From assembly GCA_964630295.1 (NCBI GenBank), contig CAZVTU010000001.1, positions 1 to 33,411 of the forward strand: 33,411 nucleotides of DNA. Reading direction: 5' to 3'. The translations under genes were made by a program, and so were the position numbers. Shown here piece after piece: positions 17,017-25,602 of the stretch (its first letter is position 1; every line of letters starts with the position of its first letter). Origin of the DNA: an uncultured Candidatus Saccharibacteria bacterium (GTDB taxonomy: Bacteria > Patescibacteriota > Minisyncoccia > Minisyncoccales > RBG-13-42-11). The notes below the pieces were generated by a model, which saw only the letters and a program-made list of their open reading frames with translations, did not search any database and was not told where the DNA came from.

Positions 17017-18164
17017 ATTGGGAACTTATTTCGATGACGGAAAAAGATTTAAGAAAACTTTACAATAGGTTTATAAAGTTTAGAAAACGTTATTTTATTC
17101 TTGATGCTAAAAAATATTCTACTAGTCTTCAAGGACTGAAACTATCTGATAGAATAATCGGAGAATTTTACGATAATTATTATAAAATTCCTTACATTTC
17201 TTTTTTAGAGAACATCAAATATCTCCTTTACTCCAAGAACGCTTTTGATTTTTTATCAAAAGATTCTTCTGAAGATTGGACTTTGTGGCCTTATTTATAT
17301 TTTTTAGAGAAAGAAAGAATAATCAAAGTCCAAAAGAGCGGAAGAGTTAAAACAATAAATAGAGGAATATTAAAATTAATTCCCAGACCGCGGGCAAGAA
17401 AAGAAATAAGAAAGGCAATAGAAAAAAAATTAAAAATTAAAATCAAAGAATCAGAACCAGTAATTAACTTATTTAAAAAGTTTCGAGACTTCGAAGTTAA
17501 AGCAAAATGGGATCAGATGCCAATTTCTCAAGGATCAGCTATTTTTGTGGTCGAAAAAATCTTAGAAAGGTTGCCTTTGAAAAAAAATTTTTTATTTGTC
17601 GGAGATGACGACTTCGTATCTGTCATTTTGGGTTTATCGGCCCCAGAGGTTGAGAGTTTAGTGATTGATGCTGATGAGCAACTTTTAGATTGTATTAATC
17701 TTTTAGCTAAGAAATTCAAGTTAAAAATAAAAATAAAAAAAGTAGACATTAGAAAGAAAACAAATTTAGGTGAAAAAATTATTGGTTTTTTAACTAATCC
17801 AGTTTATACCGCTGATGGAGTTAAAGAGTTTGTAAAATATGGAAAAAATCAGTTAGGAAAAGATGGGGGAGTAGTTTTTTTAGAAGTAGGAGATGAGTCA
17901 ATTGGAAATAGATTCCTGACTTTGCAAGAATTCTTTACTAAAAATGGCCTAATTATCAGTGAGTTAATCCGAGGCAGAATATTCTATCCTTATATCGAAC
18001 TTTATAAAGAAGATAAAGAAATATTTAGAAGGCTATCAGCATTGATAGATGGTAAAGTTATCAAAAACTCTCCCAAATTAGCTGCTTCCTTATATATCTT
18101 TAAATATTTACCTTCCAAAATAAAAAAGGTAAAGTTTAAAAAACCATTTTATGCTTATCTCTAA
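17013..18164 (+). CDS. DUF43/BpsA-like putative aminopropyltransferase (branched-chain polyamine synthase family) with an N-terminal extension of about 170 aa
   Basis: The C-terminal half reads DQMPISQGSAIFVVEKI...FLFVGDDDFVSVILGL...VIDADEQLL...FLTNPVYTADG. From memory this resembles the DQ...T, GDDDLTS and TDPP blocks of archaeal DUF43/BpsA. Sits between speD and speE. Confidence 0.5.
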   Translation: MNWELISMTEKDLRKLYNRFIKFRKRYFILDAKKYSTSLQGLKLSDRIIGEFYDNYYKIPYISFLENIKYLLYSKNAFDFLSKDSSEDWTLWPYLYFLEKERIIKVQKSGRVKTINRGILKLIPRPRARKEIRKAIEKKLKIKIKESEPVINLFKKFRDFEVKAKWDQMPISQGSAIFVVEKILERLPLKKNFLFVGDDDFVSVILGLSAPEVESLVIDADEQLLDCINLLAKKFKLKIKIKKVDIRKKTNLGEKIIGFLTNPVYTADGVKEFVKYGKNQLGKDGGVVFLEVGDESIGNRFLTLQEFFTKNGLIISELIRGRIFYPYIELYKEDKEIFRRLSALIDGKVIKNSPKLAASLYIFKYLPSKIKKVKFKKPFYAYL

Positions 18165-19017
18165 AAAATGGTTTTGCGAAGATGTGGTTCCCGGGAAAAG
18201 ATTTGGGAAAATAAAACATTGTTTTTTAATAGATAAATTGGTTTTTAAAGGAAAAACATCCTATCAGGATGTTCTTATTTTTGATAATTCAATTTATGGA
18301 AGAGTGGTAGTGTTAGACGGAATTGTCCAACTCTCGGAACGTGATGAATTTATTTACCATGAAATAATTTCTCATCCAATTTTATTTTCTCACCCCAATC
18401 CTCAAAAAGTTTTAATTATTGGAGGGGGGGATGGGGGAGCACTGAGAGAAGTATTAAAACACCCAGTAAAGCAAGTTTTTCTAGTAGATATTGATAAAAA
18501 GGCAGTAGAACTTTTTAAGAAATATATACCTTTTGTTTCTAAAGGCTCTTTCAGAGACAAACGAACAAAAGTATTTTTTAAAGATGGGAGGAAATTTATT
18601 AAAAATTTCCAGAATTTTTTTGATGTTGTGATTATTGATAGTAATGATCCCACAGGACCTTCTTTACCTCTTTTTTCTCGTAAATTTTATGAAGATGTTG
18701 GTGGGGCTTTGAAAAAAGATGGGGTAATGATAACTTTAATTGGTTCTTTTTTAGATTTTGAAACCTTAATTAAAAAAACTATTAAGAAGTTAAGAACCAT
18801 TTTCCCGAAAGTTCGGCTTTATCGAGTAGCTATTCCATCTTATCATTGTGGAGATTTTTGTTTTATTGGGGCTTCTAAAAAGATTGATTTGGGAAAAGTT
18901 AATTTTAAGAAAATAGAAAAGAGGTTCCAAAAAATCAAAGGAAAAAATCAGTTTAAATATTATTCTCCCGAAATCCATTTAGCAACCATAACTTTACCAA
19001 AGATCTGGAAAATTTAA
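18151..19017 (+). CDS. speE: Spermidine synthase (aminopropyltransferase)
   Basis: YQDVLIF, DEFIYHE, VLIIGGGDGGALREVLKH and IIDSNDPTGPS motifs. Confidence 0.9.
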   Translation: MLISKKWFCEDVVPGKRFGKIKHCFLIDKLVFKGKTSYQDVLIFDNSIYGRVVVLDGIVQLSERDEFIYHEIISHPILFSHPNPQKVLIIGGGDGGALREVLKHPVKQVFLVDIDKKAVELFKKYIPFVSKGSFRDKRTKVFFKDGRKFIKNFQNFFDVVIIDSNDPTGPSLPLFSRKFYEDVGGALKKDGVMITLIGSFLDFETLIKKTIKKLRTIFPKVRLYRVAIPSYHCGDFCFIGASKKIDLGKVNFKKIEKRFQKIKGKNQFKYYSPEIHLATITLPKIWKI

Positions 19018-19018
19018 G

Positions 19019-20041
19019 ATGAAAGAAAGATTAAAAGTATTAATTTTAGGAAAAGGGAATATTGGACGAGCTGTAGCTTTCTATTTAAAAAAATTTAAAG
19101 CAGCAAAAAGGATTGCTTTTTTTTGTAATGAAAAGGAAGTTAAAAATTTTGATCTTCTAATAGGGGCTCTACCAAGCGAAACGGCTGAAGAGAGCTTAAG
19201 ATTGGCTTTGAAATATAAAAAAGATTTGATTGATGTTTCAGCCTTACCAATCTCGTTTTATTTCAAATTTAAAAAAGATATTTTAGATAAGGGAATAAAA
19301 GTAATTCCCGGCTGTGGTTTTTCTCCGGGTTTGGTTAATTTAATTTGCGGTTTTGAATTTCAAAATTTTGATAAGATAAATAATTTTGAAATCGCGGCTG
19401 GTACTCTCCCAAAAGATTCTAAGTTTCTTTTTCCTTTTACTTGGTGTTTTGAAGATTTAATTGAGCAACATCTTTATAAAGCAAGCATTATTAAAAATGG
19501 AAAGAAGATAAATCTACCTCCTTTTTCGGGTTATAAGAAAGAGAAACTAAAGGAAGTTGGAGAATTTGAAAGTTATTTTGTCGAAGAGTGGAATACCTTA
19601 TTTTATAGTTTAAAACCAAAAAATATAAGCTTTAGAGTAATAAGACCGATTGGCTTTTTTTATTTCTTTCAATATCTTAAAAATTACGGCTTCCTTAAAA
19701 AGGAAAACCTTTCTTTCACTAAAAAAATCTTGACCAGAGTAAAAATAGACAATATTACTTTAGCTACAGTTAAAATTTCTGGGACAAAAAAGGGGAAGAA
19801 AAAAGAAATTATATGGAAGCTCTTTAGTTTTGCCAAAGCAAGAGAGAAGTTAAATTCTATGCAAAAAATAACGGGTATTATCCCAGCTATTATGGTAAAG
19901 TTTCTTTCTGATGGAAAGATAGTAAATAAGGAGTTAATATTTATGGAAGATATTGGTAGAGATGAAGAATTGTTTAAAGAAATTTTAAAAGAAATTAAAA
20001 ATGAAAAATCAATCTTATTTTACTCCAAAAGCAGAAGTTAG
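19019..20041 (+). CDS. Saccharopine-dehydrogenase-fold NAD(P)-binding protein (same superfamily as carboxy(nor)spermidine dehydrogenase and homospermidine synthase); function unknown
   Basis: N-terminal Rossmann motif VLILGKGNIGRAV. GCGFSPGLVNL resembles the family motif. At 340 aa it is shorter than characterised CANSDH or HSS enzymes. Confidence 0.5.
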   Translation: MKERLKVLILGKGNIGRAVAFYLKKFKAAKRIAFFCNEKEVKNFDLLIGALPSETAEESLRLALKYKKDLIDVSALPISFYFKFKKDILDKGIKVIPGCGFSPGLVNLICGFEFQNFDKINNFEIAAGTLPKDSKFLFPFTWCFEDLIEQHLYKASIIKNGKKINLPPFSGYKKEKLKEVGEFESYFVEEWNTLFYSLKPKNISFRVIRPIGFFYFFQYLKNYGFLKKENLSFTKKILTRVKIDNITLATVKISGTKKGKKKEIIWKLFSFAKAREKLNSMQKITGIIPAIMVKFLSDGKIVNKELIFMEDIGRDEELFKEILKEIKNEKSILFYSKSRS

Positions 20042-20537
20042 ACGGTCTCCTTTTGATAAAAAAGGAATTTTTGCTAAAAAGCCGATAAAAAAAGGAGAAA
20101 TTATTTCAAAACCTGGAGTCGGTGTAATAATCACAGAAAAAGAGTATAAAAAACTCCAAAAAAAGAGTTTCAGAACCATCGGGCATTATGCAATAAAAGT
20201 GGCTGATAGGACTTATTTAATTTCGTCCAAAGACGGAAGATTAGATGAGGACGATTTTTTTAATCATAGTTGTGAACCTAATGCTGGAATAAAAGAAAAA
20301 TTTACAGTTGTGGCAATGAAAAATATAAAACCTGGAGAAGAAATAACTTATGATTACGCCATGACCGATTGCGATAAAGATGATTATTTTAAATGTAACT
20401 GCGGAGCAAAGAACTGTCGCAAAATTATTACAGGGAACGATTGGAAAATTCCAGCCCTCCAAAGGAAATATAAGGGATATTTTTCTTGGTATATCCAAGA
20501 AAAAATCAATAATTTATTAAGGAAGAGAAGAACTTGA
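20001..20537 (+). CDS. SET-domain methyltransferase
   Basis: GIFAKKPIKKGEII, NHSCEPNA, EEITYDY and a post-SET-like Cys cluster CNCGAKNC. Overlaps the upstream gene by 41 nt. Confidence 0.85.
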   Translation: MKNQSYFTPKAEVRRSPFDKKGIFAKKPIKKGEIISKPGVGVIITEKEYKKLQKKSFRTIGHYAIKVADRTYLISSKDGRLDEDDFFNHSCEPNAGIKEKFTVVAMKNIKPGEEITYDYAMTDCDKDDYFKCNCGAKNCRKIITGNDWKIPALQRKYKGYFSWYIQEKINNLLRKRRT

Positions 20538-20562
20538 CATTTTCTCCAAGATGTAGTATAAG
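20534..20562 (+). promoter_or_regulatory. Strong sigma70-type promoter (TTGACA-17-TATAAG)
   Basis: The -35 box contains the TGA stop of the SET gene. Followed by a leader of about 55 nt with an 11-bp bulged hairpin (20567-20598). Confidence 0.6.
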
Positions 20563-20610
20563 CTAACTTAGCAACTAAACAATTTATTAGGTTGCAAGGA
20601 TCATTTTTGA

Positions 20611-20620
20611 AAGGAGGTGA
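20611..20620 (+). promoter_or_regulatory. Perfect Shine-Dalgarno AAGGAGGTGA
   Basis: Ends 3 nt before the ATG at 20624. The other genes whose upstream regions I inspected have at best a weak SD (GGAG before secF, AAAGG before secA). Confidence 0.8.
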
Positions 20621-20623
20621 GAA

Positions 20624-20959
20624 ATGGAAGTCGAAAAAGCAAAGGAACTGTTTGAACTTCTCAAGGGTCTACCAATGGAGGACTATGCCGAGGAAGAGTT
20701 TAATGAGGAAGATCTTCGAGGGGACTATAACATCATCGATTTCTGGAAGTCAAAAGGGAAAAAGCTGACAATAGTCAGCGATTTCACTGATAGCGTTGAC
20801 CTTAGCTATTCAGAGATTGATGAGGTGGTATTGGTCGGTCGGTTTAATCGGGTCGATGCCACGAAAGCAAAGATAAAAATTCTGGATACTCGGGAAGCCG
20901 CTATCGTCAAGCTTGACCTTGCTGAAGCTGAGGTCGAGGAAGTGAAAGGGGGGAGATAA
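20624..20959 (+). CDS. Hypothetical small acidic protein (111 aa), compositionally atypical
   Basis: Has its own promoter, SD and terminator. Rich in Glu and Asp. A 60-nt hand count gave about 43% GC against about 23% at the start of secA. Four of five Arg codons are CGN. I recognised no family. Confidence 0.7.
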   Translation: MEVEKAKELFELLKGLPMEDYAEEEFNEEDLRGDYNIIDFWKSKGKKLTIVSDFTDSVDLSYSEIDEVVLVGRFNRVDATKAKIKILDTREAAIVKLDLAEAEVEEVKGGR

Positions 20960-20979
20960 CAACTCTAAGGCATGAGCTT

Positions 20980-21021
20980 AAAGGGGAGTAGGCAATTACG
21001 CTGCTCCCCTTTGAATTTTTT
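20980..21021 (+). terminator. Rho-independent terminator
   Basis: AAAGGGGAG (20980-20988) pairs with CTCCCCTTT (21004-21012), followed by GAATTTTTT. Confidence 0.75.
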
Positions 21022-21039
21022 CCAAAAAAATTATAAAAT
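21011..21039 (+). promoter_or_regulatory. Possible secA promoter (TTGAAT-17-TAAAAT) overlapping the terminator tail
   Basis: Hexamers and spacing read from the sequence. The -10 box ends 11 nt before the ATG at 21051. Confidence 0.35.
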
Positions 21040-21050
21040 ACAAAGGTATT

Positions 21051-23537
21051 ATGTCAATAATTACTAAAATTTTTGGTGATGCTAATGAAAAATATTTAAA
21101 GAAACTCCAGCCAACTATTGAGAAGATTAATTCTCTCGAAAAAGAATTCGAGAGTTTTTCCAATGAAAAATTAAAAGAAAAAACTCAAGAATTCAAAGAA
21201 AAAATTAAAAAGGGACATTCTTTAGACGATATTTTACCCGAAGCATTTGCTTTAGTTCGAGAAGCCGCCAAGAGAACCTTACATCAGAGACATTTCGATG
21301 TTCAGTTAATTGGCGGGATTGTTTTACACCAAGGAAAAATTGCTGAAATGAAAACCGGTGAAGGAAAAACTTTGGCTGCTACCTTACCTTTATATTTAAA
21401 TGCTTTAGAAGGAAAGGGTGTTCATTTAGTAACTGTTAATGATTATTTAGCCAGGAGAGACACTGTTTGGATGGGTCAAATTTACCATTTACTTGGTTTG
21501 TCGGTTGGTTGTTTAAATCATGATCAATCCTTCTTATATGACCCCACCTACAAAAAACCTGATGAGGAAAAAGAGAAAATCAGAGATGAATTGGGAGGAT
21601 TTAAGGTGGTGGAGGACTTCTTGAGACCATGCGCAAGAAAAGAAGCTTATTTGGCTGATATTACCTACGGAACTAATAATGAATTTGGTTTCGACTATTT
21701 AAGAGATAATATGGCTTATGATTTATCTCAACAAGTTCAACGGGAATTTAATTACGCTATAGTTGATGAAGTAGATTCAATTTTAATTGATGAAGCAAGA
21801 ACTCCTTTAATTATTTCTGCCCCTGATGTAGAGAGTTCAAAATATTATCAGGAATTTGCTAGAATTATTCCCAAATTAGAATTTAAGACAGATTATGAAA
21901 TTGATGAAAAAATGAAAGCCGTCACCTTAACCGAAGAAGGAATAAATAAAGTAGAAAGAATATTAGGATTAGAAAATATTTACGCTGATAGGGGAATGAA
22001 ATATTTACATTATTTAGAACAAGCTCTCCGAGCTCAAGTTCTATTTAAGAAAGACAGAGATTATGTAGTAAAAGATGGGAAGATTATTATTGTTGATGAA
22101 TTTACCGGCAGATTGATGCCAGGAAGAAGGTGGTCTGGTGGTCTTCATCAAGCGATTGAAGCTAAGGAAGGAGTTCCGATTCAACCTGAATCTTTAACTT
22201 TAGCTTCAATTACTTTTCAGAATTATTTTCGTCTTTACAAAAAATTAGCTGGAATGACCGGTACCGCAGCTACCTCCGCCGAAGAGTTTGATAAAGTTTA
22301 CGGTTTAGAAGTAATTATTGTTCCCACAAATAAACCAATGATTAGAAAAGATCTTCCAGATGTGGTTTATAAAACAGAGGAAGGTAAATTCAAAGCTCTA
22401 ATAAGAGAAATAAAGGAAAGATACGAAAAAAGACAACCAGTTTTAGTGGGTACAACTTCGATTGAGAAAAATGAATATTTAGGAAAATTATTAGATAGAG
22501 AAGGAATTCCCCATCAAATTTTAAACGCCAAAAACCACGAAAGAGAAGGAGAAATTATTGCTCAAGCTGGGAAATTGGGTCAGGTTACTATCGCCACCAA
22601 TATGGCTGGTCGTGGAGTAGATATTATTTTGGGCGGCAATCCTCCTGATCCAGAAGAAACAAGAAGAGTTATTGAACTTGGAGGATTACATGTAATTGGT
22701 ACTGAAAGACATGAAGCTAGAAGAATAGATAATCAATTACGAGGGAGAGCAGGTAGACAAGGAGATCCTGGTTCTTCTCAATTTTTCGTTTCTCTAGAAG
22801 ACGATTTAATGCGAATTTTCGGGGGAGATAGGATTAAATCTTTAATGTCAGCTTTAAAAATTCCCGAAGATCAACCAATCGAAGCCAATCTAATTTCCGG
22901 AGCAATTGAATCTGCTCAAGCTAAAATTGAAGGAATGAATTTTGACTTAAGAAAACATGTTTTAGAGTATGACGATGTGATGAATAAACATCGGGAAGTA
23001 ATTTATAAGAAGAGAAGAGAAATATTAGAGAAAAGTCAAAAGTCAAAAGTCAAAAGTCAAAATGACCTGAGGTCGTATATCTTGGAATTAATTAAAAAAG
23101 CTGGCTTTAAAGAAGAAGATTACTTAAAGAAAGAAAAGGAGATAGGTGAAGAGAGAATGAGAGAAGTCGAAAAAATCGTTTCTTTAAGAATTTTAGATAT
23201 GCTTTGGCTGGAACACTTAGAGAATATGGAATATTTAAGAGATTCAGTTAGATTAAGAGCTTATGGTCAGAGAGATCCTTTGGTTGAATACAAAACAGAA
23301 GGCCACAGAATGTTCCAAAGATTATTATCACAGATTGAATTTAACATTGCTAATACTATCTTAAGAGTAAGCCTGGCGGAGAAACCTACCCGACCAGTTC
23401 CACCTATTAAACAAGATCAACCAGTTTCTGATTCTTCATCAGTTAGTCATTCCAAAGACAAACCCGGCCGGAATGATCCTTGTCCTTGTGGATCTGGTAA
23501 GAAATATAAAAAGTGTTGTATGCCAAAGTTTGGTTAA
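21051..23537 (+). CDS. secA: Preprotein translocase ATPase SecA
   Basis: MKTGEGKTL Walker [40 protein letters not shown] and C-terminal zinc motif [13 protein letters not shown]. Confidence 0.97.
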   Translation: MSIITKIFGDANEKYLKKLQPTIEKINSLEKEFESFSNEKLKEKTQEFKEKIKKGHSLDDILPEAFALVREAAKRTLHQRHFDVQLIGGIVLHQGKIAEMKTGEGKTLAATLPLYLNALEGKGVHLVTVNDYLARRDTVWMGQIYHLLGLSVGCLNHDQSFLYDPTYKKPDEEKEKIRDELGGFKVVEDFLRPCARKEAYLADITYGTNNEFGFDYLRDNMAYDLSQQVQREFNYAIVDEVDSILIDEARTPLIISAPDVESSKYYQEFARIIPKLEFKTDYEIDEKMKAVTLTEEGINKVERILGLENIYADRGMKYLHYLEQALRAQVLFKKDRDYVVKDGKIIIVDEFTGRLMPGRRWSGGLHQAIEAKEGVPIQPESLTLASITFQNYFRLYKKLAGMTGTAATSAEEFDKVYGLEVIIVPTNKPMIRKDLPDVVYKTEEGKFKALIREIKERYEKRQPVLVGTTSIEKNEYLGKLLDREGIPHQILNAKNHEREGEIIAQAGKLGQVTIATNMAGRGVDIILGGNPPDPEETRRVIELGGLHVIGTERHEARRIDNQLRGRAGRQGDPGSSQFFVSLEDDLMRIFGGDRIKSLMSALKIPEDQPIEANLISGAIESAQAKIEGMNFDLRKHVLEYDDVMNKHREVIYKKRREILEKSQKSKVKSQNDLRSYILELIKKAGFKEEDYLKKEKEIGEERMREVEKIVSLRILDMLWLEHLENMEYLRDSVRLRAYGQRDPLVEYKTEGHRMFQRLLSQIEFNIANTILRVSLAEKPTRPVPPIKQDQPVSDSSSVSHSKDKPGRNDPCPCGSGKKYKKCCMPKFG
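23033..23060 (+). repeat. Perfect heptanucleotide tandem repeat (AAAGTCA)x4 inside secA
   Basis: Read directly from the sequence, followed by a degenerate fifth unit AAATGAC. Encodes [11 protein letters not shown], apparently in a linker part of the SecA C-terminal region. Confidence 0.9.
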
Positions 23538-23538
23538 T

Positions 23539-24201
23539 ATGTTTTTTCTTCCTATTGGCTGTTTAATATTTTTGCTTTTTATTTTAGCTTTACCTTTTTT
23601 ATTTTTGTTAGGCTATTTCCATGTCGTTACTATTGGTTTTGAGAGGCTTGGAATTTCTCCAGAAATAACTTTATTTTTACTTCTAATTATTTTAATTGGT
23701 TCAGCAATTAACATTCCTATTGGTAAAAAGAAAATAATATATGTTGAGGAATCCCGATTTTTTGGTCTCTGGAAAATTCCCAGAATGGAAGCTAGGGGGT
23801 TAGCCATTAACTTAGGGGGAGGGATAATTCCGGTTTTGCTCTCGTTTTATTTTCTCTATTTAAGCTGGCGACAAGGATTTAATTTAATACCAATTTTAAT
23901 AGCCACCATTTTAATGGTTGTTGTTTCCAATTTTTTAGCCAAAATTATCCCTGGTCGGGGAATTTCTCTTCCAGCTCTGATTCCTCCTATTTTCTCAGCA
24001 ATTTTTGCTTTAATTTTAGCCCCCCAATTTCCAGCTATTTGCGCTTTTATTGCTGGTACCCTTGGGGTTTTAATTGGGGCAGATCTTTTAAATCTAAGAA
24101 AAGTTCAAAAATACGGAGGATTTTTATCCATTGGAGGAGCAGGAGTATTTGATGGAATATTTTTAGTTGGAATAATTTCCTCATTACTTACTAGTTTTTA
24201 A
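23539..24201 (+). CDS. Polytopic membrane protein, DUF1614-like
   Basis: The start was moved to the ATG at 23539, 1 nt after the secA stop. The 22-aa extension in the ORF track overlaps the secA C-terminus. Multiple TM segments. The IGGAGVFDGIFL motif resembles DUF1614, from memory. Confidence 0.6.
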   Translation: MFFLPIGCLIFLLFILALPFLFLLGYFHVVTIGFERLGISPEITLFLLLIILIGSAINIPIGKKKIIYVEESRFFGLWKIPRMEARGLAINLGGGIIPVLLSFYFLYLSWRQGFNLIPILIATILMVVVSNFLAKIIPGRGISLPALIPPIFSAIFALILAPQFPAICAFIAGTLGVLIGADLLNLRKVQKYGGFLSIGGAGVFDGIFLVGIISSLLTSF

Positions 24202-24209
24202 AATTTTAT

Positions 24210-24238
24210 TTGATTAAGTTAAATATTTTGAGTAAGAT
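24210..24238 (+). promoter_or_regulatory. Possible secDF promoter (TTGATT-17-TAAGAT)
   Basis: The -10 box ends 8 nt before the ATG at 24247. Confidence 0.3.
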
Positions 24239-24246
24239 AAAATAAT

Positions 24247-25602
24247 ATGTCTAAAAAAAGAATTTATCTAATTGTTTTTTTTATTTTCATTGTGGCTTTT
24301 TTAGCCGCTAACTTAGGCTATCCTCGATATTTTAATCAAGGAATTGATTTTTTAAATAAAAAATTAAATTTAAATTTACCTTATTTCTGGGAAGTTCCTT
24401 TTAAATTAGGTTTAGATTTACAGGGGGGAACTCATTTGGTTTATGAGGTCGATTTATCTAATGTTGAGAAAAAAGATTACGATTCATCCTTACAAGGATT
24501 GAGAGATGTAATTGAAAGAAGGGTGAATCTCTTTGGAGTTCAAGAACCAGTAGTCCAAACTCAAACAGCTGGTGGCCATTATCGTTTGATTGTGGAATTA
24601 GCTGGGATTAAAGATCCTGCTCAAGCTATTAAAATGATTGGGGAAACTCCTTATCTGGAATTTAGGGAGCAAAAAGAAAATTACCAAGAGATTTTAGAGA
24701 AAAATAAAAAAGTTGCTGAAACCAAGGAAGGAGAAATGGAAGATCCCTTTAAACCGACACCATTAACTGGAAAATATTTAAAAAAAGCAGAACTTGGTTT
24801 TGATCAGACTACTTACAAACCTATGGTTTTGCTTCAATTTAATGATGAAGGAGCAAAAATTTTTGAAGAGTTAACCTCAAAAAATGTTGGCAAAATTTTA
24901 GCGATTTATATTGATGGGATACCAATTTCTACTCCAGTTGTTCAAGAAAAAATTTCTGGTGGTAAAGCTCAAATCACGGGAAATTTCACTGTTAATGAAG
25001 CTAAAGCCTTGGCTAGGAATTTAAATGCTGGAGCTTTACCTGTTCCTATTACCTTAATTTCTCAACAGTCAGTTGGCCCAACATTAGGTAAAATTAGTTT
25101 AGAAAAATCACTGAAAGCAGGAATTTTTGGTTTTCTGGCGATAATTTTATTTATGATTCTTTTTTACCGTTTACCTGGAATAATATCTTCTTTAGTTTTA
25201 GGAATTTATATTGCTTTAGTTTTAGCTCTCTTTAAATTAATTCCGGTAACTTTAACTTTAGCTGGAGTAGGAGGTTTTATTTTGTCGATTGGAATGGCTA
25301 TTGATGCCAATGTTTTAATTTTTTCACGAATGAGAGAGGAATTAAGAGAAGGAAAAGAATTCAATCTAGCAGTAAAAGAAGGTTTCAATCGAGCTTGGCC
25401 TTCGATTAGAGATGGTAATTTTACCACTTTGATTGTAGCTGCTATTCTTTTTGGTTTTGGTAGTAGTTTTATTAAAGGATTTGCTTTAACTTTAAGTTTA
25501 GGAATTTTAATCAGTATGCTTTCAGCAATTGTTATTACTAAAAGTTTTCTTCAATGTTTTATTGACACAAAACTGGAGAAAATTAAATGTTTATGGCGGT
25601 AA
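24247..25602 (+). CDS. secD: Protein-export membrane protein SecD
   Basis: LGLDLQGGTHLVYEV, VGPTLG and GMAIDANVLIFSRMREE motifs. Confidence 0.93.
   Translation: MSKKRIYLIVFFIFIVAFLAANLGYPRYFNQGIDFLNKKLNLNLPYFWEVPFKLGLDLQGGTHLVYEVDLSNVEKKDYDSSLQGLRDVIERRVNLFGVQEPVVQTQTAGGHYRLIVELAGIKDPAQAIKMIGETPYLEFREQKENYQEILEKNKKVAETKEGEMEDPFKPTPLTGKYLKKAELGFDQTTYKPMVLLQFNDEGAKIFEELTSKNVGKILAIYIDGIPISTPVVQEKISGGKAQITGNFTVNEAKALARNLNAGALPVPITLISQQSVGPTLGKISLEKSLKAGIFGFLAIILFMILFYRLPGIISSLVLGIYIALVLALFKLIPVTLTLAGVGGFILSIGMAIDANVLIFSRMREELREGKEFNLAVKEGFNRAWPSIRDGNFTTLIVAAILFGFGSSFIKGFALTLSLGILISMLSAIVITKSFLQCFIDTKLEKIKCLWR

Noticed and set aside
5480-23060. The short tandem repeats, considered as a possible CRISPR array or mobile-element ends.
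   Set aside because: The units are 7 nt with no spacers, the arrays are 28-35 nt long and lie inside CDSs. There are no cas genes, transposases or flanking target-site duplications.
23473-23538. The 22-aa N-terminal extension of the DUF1614-like ORF.
   Set aside because: It overlaps the conserved SecA zinc-finger coding region. The ATG at 23539, directly after the secA stop, starts the first TM segment.
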